Of a stretch of 64,000 nt of DNA, positions 37,813-52,082 are shown piece after piece. A program made the translations under genes and the position numbers. Positions within the stretch are counted from its first letter, which is position 1. Every line of letters starts with the position of its first letter. The notes beneath the pieces are model-generated. The model had not been told where the DNA came from, did no database searches, and saw only the letters and a list, made by a program, of their open reading frames with translations. Source of the stretch: Octopus sinensis (taxonomy: Eukaryota); NCBI RefSeq assembly GCF_006345805.1, contig NC_043000.1, positions 112,344,001 through 112,408,000 of the forward strand, given 5' to 3'.

Positions 37813-37834
37813 ATATATATATATGTATGTATAT

Positions 37835-37877
<43 letters not shown>

Positions 37878-38296
37878 ATGTATGTAATATAGATATATAG
37901 ATAGTTATGGTGGAATTCGAAACTGGTACCTAAAGATGTATGTGTCTAGTATGTATGTGTGTATATAGATAGATGGAAGAGTGCTGAAAACCCAGAATCC
38001 AAGGAAACTGTTGCCCACAAGCGTTGAGTCCGCCATGTATCCTCCACCTCACCTCACTTGGAGAAAGGACGAATGTTCGAAGCGTTAGACTTTTTTTTTT
38101 TTATTTCACACCTCGCTATAAACTAACGTAGTGTTTTTTTTCTATGATCATACACACGCACTGATGTGATGTTAACAATGTCTATAGTTAAATATACTGC
38201 AGAATATTCTTGATCTCATGATATACATACATATATATATATACACACACACACATATATATATATATATTATATATATATATAATATATATATAT

Positions 38297-38364
<68 letters not shown>

Positions 38365-39434
38365 CATACACACACACACACACACATAGACAGATGTCTT
38401 TTCAAGTAAAAACAATAGTAAACATGTATAGCAGATTTGGTAGTTTAGCAACAGTGAAGCTAGCCGAGAATGAAAATATATATATATATATAGTAGGTGG
38501 GTAAGATTGTGTATTTACTAGTAAATGACTAACAGGAAGCATCAGGATTCTTTTAAAAATTGTAGGTTTTGTACCAAAACATGGCAGTTCTCTTAAATAT
38601 ATTTGATCATAATAACGACGACGGTGATGTCGATGATGATGATGATCATAGAATTGAAAATGGCGTCCGTCCGTGTGTGTCTGTGTGTATATATGTGTGT
38701 GTGTGTGCGTGTGTGAGGATGATAGATTCTGCAGAGTTGCTGGTTGCAATTGTTGCTAGCAACAGATGCAGAAATGACTGCAGTGTTGTGGCGCCGTGAC
38801 TGTTGTAGTAGTAGTAGTACTAGCAGCAATTAATGGAGGTGGTTATTTGCGATGTATTATTTCTACTAATTCCATCTGCTTTCTCTTATTAAAGGATTTT
38901 CTCTTGCCGTATGTACGCGTGTATGTATGTATGTATGTATGTATGTATGTATGTATGTATGTGTGGATACATAAACTTAGATAGTTCCAGCAGAGAGATA
39001 ACCATCATCCTAATGTCTGACCAACATTTAACGTCTACATTAAAAAGAAAAATTAATGATAAAAGCATGTATGATAATGATATACATCTATTAACAGTAT
39101 CAGTTCACCGAATACTGGGTGTTTGGATTCAGTCCTGTCACGTTTTTTTGGCAATAACATTAGCTAGTCGCTCTACCCTGTTCACCAACCTTTCATTTAA
39201 GTGTAGTTAATTAGGGTCAGGCCCTTTCAAGATATTTTGCTTTGCTGTGGGATACGAAGACGTTAGAAGCGAACTAGATGGGAACTGTATTTATTAACTA
39301 GTAAATAAATCTATTATAGTCACTGAGACAACTTTCGTCTGTAAAAATTATAGTATTACTGTTACATAATGCAGTAAATTAGTCATTCATAGACATTTAT
39401 TATGACTAAATTGTTTAAATACTATGTCGACGTA

Positions 39435-39478
<44 letters not shown>

Positions 39479-40747
39479 TGTAGGTCTTTCCATAAGTTGT
39501 CTCGTTCTCTCTCTCTCTACAAGAAGTCCATCTGTAACCAATTGTTCCCTCTAGCTCTGTGGCCCTCTCTAAACCTTTCCATAAGCTACCTCTTTTTCAT
39601 AGTTGTCCATCTGTAAACAATTGTTCCTAGTAAATCTGTGTGTGTGTGGTCGGTGGTTCTAGAGAGATTTTCTCTTTTCTATCCTCCTCCTACTCCTCCT
39701 CTTTCTCAGCTTCACATCACTAAAATGCCTGTCTTGCCTACCAACAAGCACCTGATGATCGATCCTCGCCTCACACACACACGTACACACGCACGTAGTC
39801 GAGGCTGCAGCCCTACTCAGCCCCCCACCCCGTCATCCTCCGTTTCTAACCACCATGCAATTATTTCTGTCCCCTCTTGTCTCCCTCTTATCTCCCTCTT
39901 ATCCCACTTTTTTGATGTCGCTCTTATTTACTGGATGCATTTTTAGTCAGACATTTTGGAATTTTCCTCTTATTTTCTCTCTCTCTCTCTCTCTCTCATT
40001 CCGTCACTTCCTCCCTGCCTCTTCTCTCTGTTACTTCTCTCCCCTCTATGCAAACCATCACTCTCACCGTCACTCTTCTATTTCTCCTACTTTCACTTTC
40101 GTTTTCTTTTATTTCCTTTTGCACATTTTCTTTTACTCTCTCTCTCACATACACACGTACATATACACATACTGTTAATGTATGCATATGTAATGTGTGT
40201 GTGTATTTGTTACATATACGTGTGTGTGCATGTGTATGTAATGTATGCATATCCGTCAGTGTTGTGTATGTGTTTTAAGTCTGCATATATTTAAGTAATA
40301 TGCATATATGTATGATGTAAATGATGGGTTACAAATGTCCTTTACTGCTTTGTCATTGCTGTCATAAATATCTCGTTAGTAAGTCAACAGCAAGCTGCTG
40401 ATGCTTAGTGACATACCAGTCATATACTGGTGTCCAGCTACACATCCACACTGCTAGCTGCAAGAGCAGGTCAAATCAACACTATACTATAAATAGCAAC
40501 AGTTCGGGTGACCTTTTCCTGCAAGATGTAACACCATTTTAAGATGAGAATAACGATGTAACTTCTTAGCCGTGATGGGAGAAGTTCCAGCTGTGAGCAT
40601 CTCTGGTTGTATCTAGAACTACATTATCCAATATGCTCCGAAGGAGATAGATTTTGCTGCCCATTCTAGCAAGTCAGGTGACCATGCACATAGGGTCTCT
40701 CTTTGATTTATATATTTAATAATCTTTGTATCTTATCTGTCTCTCTC

Positions 40748-40816
40748 CATCATCATCATCATCGTTTAGCGTCCGTTTTCCATGCTAGCATGGGTTGGAC
40801 GGTTCAACTGGGGTCT
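40748..40816 (-). mobile_element. Very short RTE-tail copy
   Basis: Reverse complement of the last ~70 nt of the 9-13 kb LINE. Confidence 0.8.
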
Positions 40817-42790
40817 ATCTCTCCATCTATCTGTCTATCTCTCCATCTATCTGTCTATCTCTCCGTCTATCAGTCTATCTCTCCGTCTATCTCTCCGTCT
40901 ATCTGTCTATCTCTCCGTCTATCTGTCTATCTCTCCGTCTATCTGTCTATCTCTCCGTCTATCTGTCTATCTCTCCGTCTATCTCTCTATCTCTCCGTCT
41001 ATCTCTCCATCTCTCCATCTCTCCCTCCATCTCTCCATCTCTCCCTCCATCTCTCCATCTCTCCGTCTATCTCTCCATCTCTCCGTCTATCTCTCCATCT
41101 CTCCATCTCTCCGTCTATCTCTCCATCTCTCCATCTCTCCGTCTCTCCATCTCTCTCTCCGTCTCTCTCTCCGTCTCTCTCTCCGTCTCTCTCTCCGTCT
41201 CTCCGTCTATCTCTCCGTCTCTCTCTCCGTCTCTCTCTCCGTCTCTCCGTCTATCTCTCCGTCTCTCTCTCCGTCTATCTCTCCATCTCTCCGTCTATCT
41301 CTCCGTCTATCCGTCTATCTCTCCGTCTATCCGTCTATCTCTCCGTCTATCCGTCTATCTCTCCGTCTATCCGTCTATCTCTCCGTCTGTCTATCTGTCT
41401 ATCTCTCCGTCTGTCTATCTGTCTATCTCTCCGTCTGTCTATCTGTCTATCTCTCCGTCTGTCTATCTGTCTATCTCTCCGTCTGTCTATCTGTCTATCT
41501 CTCCGTCTGTCTATCTGTCTATCTCTCCGTCCATCTGTCTATCTCTCCGTCCATCTGTCTATCTCTCCGTCCATCTGTCTATCTCTCCGTCCATCTGTCT
41601 ATCTCTCCGTCCATCTGTCTATCTCTCCGTCCATCTGTCTATCTCTCCGTCCATCTGTCTATCTCTCCGTCCATCTGTCTATCTCTCCGTCCATCTGTCT
41701 ATCTCTCCGTCCATCTGTCTATCTCTCCGTCCATCTGTCTATCTCTCCGTCCATCTGTCTATCTCTCCGTCCATCTGTCTAGCTCTCCGTCCATCTGTCT
41801 AGCTCTCCGTCCATCTGTCTAGCTCTCCGTCCATCTGTCCATCTCTCCGTCCATCTGTCCATCTCTCCGTCCATCTGTCCATCTCTCCGTCCATCTGTCC
41901 ATCTCTCCGTCCATCTGTCCATCTCTCCGTCCATCTGTCCATCTCTCCGTCCATCTGTCCATCTCTCCGTCCATCTGTCCATCTCTCCGTCCATCTGTCC
42001 ATCTCTCCGTCCATCTGTCTATCTCTCCGTCCATCTGTCCATCTCTCCGTCCATCTGTCCATCTCTCCGTCCATCTGTCTATCTCCGTCCATCTGTCTAT
42101 CTCTCCGTCCATCTGTCTATCTCTCCGTCCATCTGTCTATCTCTCCGTCCATCTGTCTATCTCTCCGTCCATCTGTCTATCTCTCCGTCCATCTGTCTAT
42201 CTCTCCGTCTATCTCTCCAACCATCCGTCTATCTCTCCGTCCATCGTCTATCTCTCCGTCCATCTGTCTATCTCTCTCTCCGTCCATCTCTCCGTCCATC
42301 TGTCTATCTCTCCGTCCATCTGTCTATCTCTCCGTCCATCTGTCTATCTCTCCGTCCATCTGTCTATCTCTCCGTCCATCTGTCTATCTCTCTCCGTCCA
42401 TCTCTCCGTCCATCTGTCTATCTCTCCGTCCATCTGTCTATCTCTCCGTCCATCTGTCTATCTCTCCGTCCATCTGTCTATCTCTCCGTCCATCTGTCTA
42501 TCTCTCCGTCCATCTGTCTATCTCTCCGTCCATCTGTCCATCTCTCCGTCCATCTGTCCATCTCTCCGTCCATCTGTCCATCTCTCTGTCCATCTCTCCG
42601 TCTATCTCTCTGTCCATCTCTCCGTCTATCTCTCCGTCCATCTGTCCATCTCTCCGTCTATCTCTCCGTCCATCCGTCTATCCATCCGTCTATCTCTCCA
42701 TCCATCCGTCTATCTCTCCATCCATCTGTCTATCTCTCCAACCATCCGTCTATCTCTCCAACCATCCGTCTATCTCTCCATCTATCTGTC
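40817..42790. repeat. ~2-kb pyrimidine-rich satellite built from 4-nt modules (dominant 20-mer ctccgtccatctgtctatct)
   Basis: Blocks of 20-, 8/12- and 24-nt units; explains ORFs 40703-42112. Confidence 0.95.
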
Positions 42791-43171
42791 TGTGTGTGTG
42801 TGTGCCTGTCTGTCTCTCTTTCTCTCTCTCCTCGTTTAACGCCCACTTTTCCAAGCTTGCATGGGTCAAACAGAATTTGTTGAGGCAGATTTTTCTATGG
42901 CTAGGTACCCTTTCTTTCACCAACCATCACCTGTTTCCAAGCAAGGTATTATTTTCCCATGGCCAGACATGTTTTTCACGGAGGACTGGAAATATGTGTG
43001 TATGCATGCGTGCATGTTTCTATAAAGCTTTTGCTTGTCTGTTTGTTTGTTTTTTTGCAAGGAAGAGAAGCCTTGTGATAAATTCTTTCTCTCAACTTGA
43101 TAAATTAGAAACCTCCTTTTGTAATTAATTTAAAATTTTACTGTGTGTGTATGTATGTGTATATATATATA

Positions 43172-43211
<40 letters not shown>

Positions 43212-44022
43212 TTATGGTATATTCTGTAAAGAACGTAGTAGAGTACAGTATAGAGCTTGTCCACCTTCAGGTAGGATGTTCTTGAAGCCGAGGATTTTAA
43301 ATTTATGGAGACAATATTTACATATTGCCTGAGGAAACACAACTAGATCTCATAATGCAGGGAAACAGTTGCATAATCAAGTTACCTGCACACCTGGAGA
43401 ACTATGTTGTGTTGAAACAATTATAGCAATTAAAAAATAAATGTCCAACTATACCCCTTTTTGTTGACCCCAATTTCTTCAATAAATATATATATATATA
43501 TTTCTGACCCTCAATACTACTCCCCACCCCCATCTCCGGTTGAGGGGTGTCTTGTCCTGTAAGTTAATTGGTGACTTCACTGCTGCTCGGGCCATGTAAG
43601 AAGCACCCAATACATATATATATGCATATATGGGTACAGGACATCACAAAACGTAAACAATATGAAATAAGAAGACAAACTTGGGTATGCAAACAACCAG
43701 AGAAACAAATGGAAAACAAGACAAGTACAACCCTTTATCAGTTGTCGGCTGTCCATCTACTCCTCATTTCGAACATTTAACGACATACATATGTCCTTGC
43801 CTTGGAAACGTAGAGTAGATGAAACGGACAACTGAAGAAGGGGAATATTCTTTGTTGTATGTCTCATTGGTTTTTTTTTTTGTTAAAAAAAAGTTTGTTT
43901 CTATGTTTTTGTTTCTCATTGTGCTCAACGTTTTTTTATATCCTGTACCCATATATGCATGTGTATATATACATATATATTTATGTATGTATGCATATAT
44001 TTATATATCATATTATATTATT

Positions 44023-44058
<36 letters not shown>

Positions 44059-44139
44059 CATATATGTTATATAATGTACATAAACACAAAAAGAGAGTAT
44101 ATAGTATTGTATATATAGCTATTCCCTCTTCTTCCTGAC

Positions 44140-45397
44140 TCTAGTTCGTCTTCTGCCATTATCGTCTGTTCTAGCTAGTCTGTTGGTCATGCTGTAAATG
44201 AGCAGAGACAATGTGAAGCAGTGTAGAAACCCCTTGAGTCCCCCCTTGTTTATTACAATCCACCAGGTCATAACATGACTACAAGACCTGGCCGCCCTTG
44301 GCAGCTCCTGTATACTGAGGACCAAGTTCTCCCAGCTGAACAATTAGAGGGAAGATTCCAAGTTTAAGAGCAGGACAAAGAATTCAGAGAAGCCTAAAAT
44401 TAAACCTAACATAAACAAAGGTTTTAGAGGGAGGAAATGCATCTGTGTGGGCAGGGGTTCCATATGGTGTGAACTATAAGTGCACAAAATGTGCAGGGGT
44501 ATCCCAGACAGGCTGGCAGAAAAGAAGGATGCTGCAGTGGGTAGCTGATGCGTAAGACTAGTCAGCAGTAAGAGTACACGTGAAATAATTATGTTCAGCT
44601 GCACAGAAGGTTCTCCCCCCCCAGAAATAGGTGACAGCTTCTGTTACCTAGGTAACATAATCAACAGTGGAGATGAGTGTTACAAATACATTGTAGCCAG
44701 AAGTAAGGATGAGGCTGAATGTGGGCTATTTATTGCTTCTGTTGGATTGGTAACAAAGGTGTTTTCTGCCTTGGGGGACAGCAGTTTGTGTACGATGCTT
44801 ATATATATACATTTCTTTACTACCCACAAGGGGCTAAACATAGAGGGGACAAACAAAGGGATTAAGTCGATTACATCGACCCCAGTGCAAAACTGGTACT
44901 TTTTCGACCCCGAAAGGATGAAAGGCAAAGTCAACCTCGGCGGAATTTGAACTCAAAACATAATGGCAGACAAAATACCGCTAAGCATTTCGCCTGGTGC
45001 GCTAACGTTTCTCCTTTATTGTGTACGATGCTTATATATATATAGAGCACGGTATTGTATGGTAGCACATGTGGGTATTAAATGTTAGAGAATGTGCTAA
45101 GGAATGAAGTTAGCTTTGCTCTCTGCTTGATGTATAATGTTGACGTGTATGGCTGTTTGACAGAGTACAAATCTGCGGTGAGAAAGAATGGGTCTAAGTC
45201 GAACCAGTTGTTGTGTGTGAGAGAGAAAATGATGCTGGTATGGACATATGTAGGGTAACCATTGGGTAAAGAAGTGCCAAATGAATTGAGTGGATGAAAC
45301 CTGCAGAAGGGGAAAAGCCAAGACAGGTGTGACAGGAAGAGGTGAGGGGTGATTGCAGTAGGATGGATGTCACTGTGTCCAGGGATGAATATAAAAG

Positions 45398-45400
<3 letters not shown>
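44140..45400 (+). mobile_element. Old RTE LINE fragment (RT end, PHD remnant, C-terminus)
   Basis: GRPWQLLYTEDQ (cf. GCPWELFYADDL), CVGRGSIWC..VHKMC (PHD remnant), DSFCYLG, RNEVSFAL. Confidence 0.7.
44810..45018 (-). mobile_element. SINE family A with 24-bp TSD, inserted in the old RTE
   Basis: TSD ttgtgtacgatgcttatatatata at 44786-44809 and 45019-45042. Confidence 0.9.
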
Positions 45401-45432
<32 letters not shown>

Positions 45433-46199
45433 ATTGTCATTTAACATCCATTTTTCTGTCTTTGGTGGTGTTTGCTGAGGCAGATTTTCTATGGCTGAAC
45501 GCTCTTCCTGTTGCTAACTCTTACCTGTTTCCAAATATTTTCCCATGACCATATTTCATGGAAGATTGGAAACAAACAACATCGCTTGTATGACTGATGC
45601 TCGTTTACGACTATGTCAAGACAAGGGTACAATTTTACACACACACACACATTATTATATTATTATTTAAAGCAGTTTGATTCAGCTCCATGTGACTAAG
45701 TTTCATAGGCTTCTTACTGAAACCTAATTCCTTGAGGCTCAGATTATCTAATTGGTAATCTGAGCCTATGAAAATTTAAGTCATCTGGAGCGGAATCAAA
45801 CTGTTTTAAATGATACACACACTCACACAGTCATCATCATCACCATTTTAATAGCCACCTATCCATACTTGCATGGCTTTGATGATATCCATTGAGGTAG
45901 AGATTTCTGTAACTGGATGCCTTTCCTGTTGCTAACCCTTGTTTGTTTCCCCAGCTGTGTGATATTCTTCTTTGTCCCTTGAACATGTACAACATGGTGG
46001 CTGGATGTGTTGCCAGAGAAAATTTCAAATGAAGGATACTGCTTGTCCGACAGAGATGTTTGTTTTAGAATTAGCACATGATGTCAAGACAAGGAGATGC
46101 ACACCCCTGCGTGTGCTTGTATATATGCACACTCACATAATGGGCTTCTTTCAGTTTCTATTAGATTCACTCACAAGGCCTTGTCTGACCCACAGCTAT

Positions 46200-46392
46200 T
46201 CTTTTATTCATTTATTTGCTTGCCATTTGACTGTAGCCATGCTGGAACACTACCTTTAGCTGAGCAAATCGACCTCAGGACTTATTCTTTGTAAGCCTAG
46301 TACTTATTCTATCAGTCTCTCTTGCCGAACCGCTAAGTGATGGAGATGTAAACACACCAGCATTGGTTGTTAAGCGATGTTGGGAGGAACAA

Positions 46393-46459
<67 letters not shown>

Positions 46460-46625
46460 CACGATGGGCTTCTTTCAGTTTCCGTCTACCAAATCCACTC
46501 ACAAGGCTTTGGTTGGCCCAAGGTTATAGTAGAAGACACTAGCCCAAGGTGCCACACGGTGGGACTGCACCCAGAACCATGTGATTCGTATGCGAGCTAC
46601 TTACCACACAGCCACTCCTGTGCCT
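46200..46625 (-). mobile_element. SINE family D, full length
   Basis: Co-linear with 13845-14274; internal (CA)n(TA)n. Confidence 0.85.
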
Positions 46626-46734
46626 ATAGTCGAAGACTTTTACTGAATGTGCTGCAAATTGGGTAGGAAACTGAAGCTGTGGGTTGCAAAGTGAACTTTT
46701 TAACTACACTCATAGACACGCACACACACATATA

Positions 46735-46980
46735 TCATCATCATCATCGTTTAATGTCCGCTTTCCATGCTGGCATGGGTTGGGCAGTTTGACTGAGGAC
46801 TAGCAAGCCAGGAGGCTGCACCAGGCTCCAATCTGATCTGGTGATAAGGTTTCTACAGATGGATGCTTTTCCTAACACCAACCCCACTCTGAGAGTGTAG
46901 TGGGTGCTTTTTACATATCACCGGCATGGGAGCCAGTCAGGTGGCACTGGCATCGGCCACACTTCAATGGTGCTTTGTAT
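46735..46980 (-). mobile_element. Short RTE-tail repeat
   Basis: (CAT)n-cgtttaatgtccgctttccatgctggcatggg. Confidence 0.75.
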
Positions 46981-47524
46981 ACAGTAAGTCCATTATTTAT
47001 GCAAATGACATTATAACTAATTCAAGCATATTTAATAAGAACACAGCATTAAGTGTTTGTGGTCAAGGGGGAAAACTATCTTGTTTGTAAACAGGTGAGA
47101 GTTGGTGACAGGAAGGGCACCCTCTCATAGAAAATCTGCCTCAATGAATTCTGCCTGACCCATGCAAGCATGGAAAAGTGCAAGTTAAATGGTGATGGTG
47201 TATATACACTTAACTGGTGTTTAAAGTTTTGCTTCACTGTTAGATTGTATTACAGGGAATTTTAATATATTTTAGCCAACATTGTGAAAGACAAATGCAA
47301 GCACATTGTCTTTAGGACACCTGGTGCGTGTGTGTGTGTGTGTATATATATATATAAAATTTAATGTTAATAAAAGCCGGGGTGCATGGTTTTCAGTTAC
47401 TCAATAAATGAAAACTGCATTAAAATACTAAAAAACATACACAGATGGGTCCTAATTCTTCATCAGTTATCGACTGAAATACTAATTGACAGTTTCATGC
47501 CTTTGATGATAATATATATTATTC

Positions 47525-47872
47525 TTTTATTCTTTAATTCCTTTGTTGTTTCAGTCATTTGATTGCAGCCATGCTGGAGCACCACCTTTAGTTGAACAAA
47601 TCGACCCCAGTGCTTATTCTTTGTAAGCCTAGTACTTATTCTATCGGTCTCATTTTCTGAACCGCTAAGTTACAGGGACGTAAACACACCAGCCTCAGTT
47701 GTCAAGCAATGTTAGGGGGACAAACACAGACACACAAACATGCATACATATATATATATACACACACATGACGGACTTCTTCCAGTTTCCGTCTACCAAA
47801 GTCTCTCATAAGGCTTTGGTCAGCCCGAGGCTATAGTAGAAGACATGCAGTGGGAATGAACCCGGAACCATG
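47525..47872 (-). mobile_element. SINE family D, partly deleted head
   Basis: Tail and body match 13845-14230. Confidence 0.8.
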
Positions 47873-49169
47873 TGTTGAATGTTGGTGAAGACTACTTAGT
47901 TTGTCAAATGATTAATGAATTCTTATAAGTCACCCTTATTAACCAGGTACAGCAACTCCTACTTTTATGCAGAAATTTTAGTAGCAAAATCATTTGGTTG
48001 TTGAAGTTTAAGGTGAGGTCTTCTGTTTGTTTCAAATTCAACTCTTTAGTATTCCAACTGGCCATATCAGGTCTATATCTACCTGTTTTATGTTTAATCT
48101 GACCAGATCAGACCTTTCACACCTACTCTACAATGTCATTCTAAAAATAAACAATCGCATCCTTGAAATCTTGAAGCTACAAGATAAATCTATGATAAAT
48201 TCAAGACAATGTGAATGAGAGAGGAGTAACCAGAAAGCTGAATGGTTAAGTTTCTTAAACGTCCCCCCCGCCCCCCAGAAATGTAAAAATTACAAGCAGT
48301 TGTTCATTTGATTAACTCTTGTGTCCTCTCAAAGAACTGGAAGGAAGTACTGATGGAACTCTACTGTTGTGAGTTCTGTTACTTCACCAAAAGGATAATT
48401 TCTTCTGATAACCCTAATAATTTCATCTCAAGTCTCAGACATAACTGTTGGTCACGATGCACATACTGTAAATTTGTAGTTCATGTTAAGAAGGGCATCC
48501 AGCTGTAAAAAAAACCATTCCAAAGTAGATGGAGCTTTGTTCGATCCTCCAGCTTGTCAGTTCCTGTCAGACCATCCAACCCTGACTGGCATGGATAAAG
48601 GGTCACTAAATGATAACGATGGTTGCCGTTTTAACACTTCTGCTACTCCTGTTCCTTTGCCTATGTTACAGGTTGTTGAGATTCAGTGGTAGTTTGACTG
48701 TACTCTGAGTTGTTTTGCTCCCAGACAGTAGAGGGACAGCAACACCTGAAGATGCAATGACTCTTTGGTGATTTCCTCCATGTTTTTGTACTTCAGCTAG
48801 CGACATTAGGTTTTCAGAGAGGGTTTTCTTGTTTGTCCAGTTTCATCAAGGAAGAATATTTCACTTTTCTTTTCTTTGGAATATAGTCATCAGTTGTATA
48901 AAAAATTCTATCTTTTTTTGATCCTCAACCAGACTAGGATTCACTCTCAGCCATAAATCGAACTACAAAATTGTAAGGGAGTTCATGTTGACCCTTTAGA
49001 TTATGTTGCTCTACTTATTATCATGGAATAAATCACTTTTAAATAAATTCTAACCACAAATCATTAACAAATTTACAGTCAACAGGCTTTTCAATGCAAT
49101 TGGAAGAAGACTTCACAGTTTTGAAGGTGATTGTGAATCAGCTGCTTCAATCATTGAAATGTTTTCCAC

Positions 49170-49385
49170 TGCCAGCCTCGCCTGGCACCTGTGCAGGTGG
49201 CACGTAAAAAGCACCCACTACACTCACGGAGTGGTTGGCGTTAGGAAGGGCATCCAGCTGTAGAAACATTGCCAGATAAGACTGGAGCCTGGTGCAGCCT
49301 TCTGGCTTCCCAGATCCCCGGTCGAACCGTCCAACCCATGCTAGCATGGAGAACGGACGTTAAACGATGATGATGATGATGATGA
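49170..49385 (+). mobile_element. Short RTE-tail repeat with one partial 63-bp unit
   Basis: tgccagcctcgcctggcacctgtg...cacccactacactc...ggacgttaaac(gat)n. Confidence 0.85.
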
Positions 49386-49547
49386 CAATCTCACCTGGAA
49401 CTCACTTCTCTGGATGTAGCACAAACCTGATCCTCTCTTGTTTGACGTTAGTGAAATAATTATGGTCCTTTGATTTCACGTAGGAGTGTCTTTGACTAGA
49501 AATACTCCAGGATCATCTTTATAGACACTTTCATAAAAGTGTTTTCT

Positions 49548-49785
49548 AGTTATTTACTGCCCACAAGGGGCTAAACACAGAGAGGACAAACAAGGACAGA
49601 CAGATGGATTGAGTTGATTATATCGACCCCAGTACATAACTGGTACTTATTTAATCGACCCCGAAAGGATGAAAGGCAAAGTTGACCACGGCGGAATTTG
49701 AACTCAGAATGTAACGGCAGACGAAATACGGCTACGCATTTCGCCCGGCGTGCTAACATTTCTGCCAGCTCGCCGCCTTACTTTT
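49548..49785 (-). mobile_element. SINE family A, full length, 15-bp TSD
   Basis: TSD ataaaagtgttttct at 49533-49547 and 49786-49800. Confidence 0.9.
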
Positions 49786-51347
49786 ATAAAAGTGTTTTCT
49801 GATCCAATATGACTTCAGTCTTTTATAAGAATGTTCTTTTCTCTTCAAAGAACATTTTCGTTTTGGGTGTTATTTGAAAGAACTTAGTAAGATGTATCCT
49901 TGGTGAAGTGGAGAAAAAGAAATGCTGCAAGTTTAATGTCCTTTGGAACTAGAGTTTTAGCATGCATATACATGCACCAAAATATACACAATATGCACAC
50001 AAATAGCAATTTATTGATGCTCATCATTATATAAATGTATGCATGCTCGGGTTTTTAGTACATTTGCTCCCACCTCTCTTGTCCATCCATTTCTGGCCTT
50101 TCCGCTTTCATGTCTACCTCTCATTCTTTTCCGCAGTCTACATGCTTTTGGATATTGGTTACTCTCTACATTCACTGTGTACAAGGGACCACACTGATAT
50201 TCACCATTCACTGTACCTCCACCCATGTTCATCTTTCACTGCCTCATCTCCATCCATCTGGTATTCTCCTTTCACACTTGCAAGCTGACCTCCCCATTCA
50301 CCCTGTCCAATTCCTGGGACCACTCCTATCCACCTTCTGTTTGTATACACCGACACCCTTTCACCATCATTTATTCTTTTTCTAACAGGCTTTAGACAAA
50401 AATAAGTATGGTGGGGGTCGATTCATTCAGCTAAACGTTCTTCAATGAGGTGCCCCAGCATGGCCACAGTCTAGTCTAATGACTGAAGCAAGTGAAAGAT
50501 AAGAGTACACTCTGTAAAGCGGTTGGCATTAGGAAGGGTATCAAGCTGTAGAAACCATTGCCAAAGCAGACATTGGAGCTTAGCACAGACTTATGGCTTG
50601 CCAACTTCTCGTGAATTGTCCAAGCCTTGCCAGCATGGAAAAAAAAACACTCATTAAGCAATTGTGATGGCATCTAATATAGAAAATGAATGTGTGTGCA
50701 TATATATTATGAACATATATTATGCCTATATATGTATTATTTATGAGATAGAAAAAAGTACCATTGCAAGCAAAATTTGTTTGATGCTCTAGTTTGTTGG
50801 ATGTATATTAAATGAGTATCTATCCTTCTATCTGTCTTTCTGTCTCCTTTTCTCTGTCGCTCTATCCATCTCTCTGTCTCTGTGTATTCAGCTGTCTATC
50901 TATCCTTCTATCTGTCTATCCTATCGGCCTCTCTCTCTATCTTTCCTCTCTGTCTGTCTACCCATCTCTCTGTCTCTGTGTATTCAGCTGCCTATCTATC
51001 TATCCATCTATCTATCTCTTATATGTATTGCATATTACATGTATGTATGTATGTTAATGTACATGTGTATGCGTGTAACAGATGATCCAGTACTAATAGC
51101 TGAGTGCCATTGAAACTAATCTGCAGGCTTGTGTCTGTGTGTTTGTAACAGGAACCTGGGCGTTGTTGCTATAGCTACCACTTATAGATGATTGGTCATC
51201 AATGATGGTGTCGTCATTGGTATTGATGATGATGATGTCGTTAATAGTCAGGAGACTTTGTTATTTAGCATTTAGCCTCTCTTTAGTTCAGTGATCTTTA
51301 TCATTCTCTTAAAAATTCTTTGTATCTCACGATTATGATACATACAT

Positions 51348-51390
<43 letters not shown>

Positions 51391-51794
51391 TGTTTGTATG
51401 TCTATGTTTATGTCCATAGAGATGTTTGTGTATATGGGTGTGTGCATGCATAGTTAGATACATGCATATTATATTTGATGAATACAGAGAGAGAGAGATT
51501 GAGTGAGAGTGAGAGGAGGAGTGCAATATGCTGAACTCGGGTTGCCGTATAGATTATTACAATGTGTGTGAGATCGATAGTGACTCGACTAGAATTAGTT
51601 AAGTCTTCAACAAACAATATTTTGTGTCCTGGTTTGATTTTTTAATTTTTCAGAAATATATATTCTCTCTCTCTCTTTTACACATTCACACACACTCATA
51701 CAATCTGTGTGTGTGTGTATATATATATATTAATGTGTGTGTATACATATTAATGTGTGTGTATGTGTATATATGTGTGTGCATGTGTGTGTAT

Positions 51795-52045
51795 ATGTAT
51801 ATATAATTGTGTGTGTATGTATATATAATTGCATGTGTGTATGTATATATAATTGCATGTGTGTATGTATATATAATTGCATGTGTGTATGTATATATAA
51901 TTGCATGTGTGTATGTATATATAATTGCATGTGTGTATGTATATATAATTGCATGTGTGTATGTATATATAATTGCATGTGTGTATGTATATATAATTGC
52001 ATGTGTGTATGTATATATAATTGTGTGTGTCTATGTATATATAAT

Positions 52046-52055
<10 letters not shown>
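51795..52055. repeat. 24-bp minisatellite, ~11 units (atgtatatataattgcatgtgtgt)
   Basis: 24-nt period across 51851-52043. Confidence 0.9.

Positions 52056-52082
<27 letters not shown>

Noticed and set aside
38057-38090. Fourth hammerhead (cttggaga-aa-ggac gaat gttc-gaagc-gtt)
   Set aside because: At least three core mismatches and no stem I; at most a heavily decayed relic.
39012-39210. MSDQHLTSTLKRK.. as a further coding exon
   Set aside because: No clear acceptor or donor and no recognisable homology.
40703-42112. 335-359 aa Ser/Leu/Pro ORFs
   Set aside because: Translations of the satellite; all three frames are open until the same ctag variant.
48290-48900. Coding-looking minus-strand stretches (also 56200-56560 and 24085-24290)
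   Set aside because: Stops in all frames and no motif I can assign; probably very old LINE debris, but unsupported.
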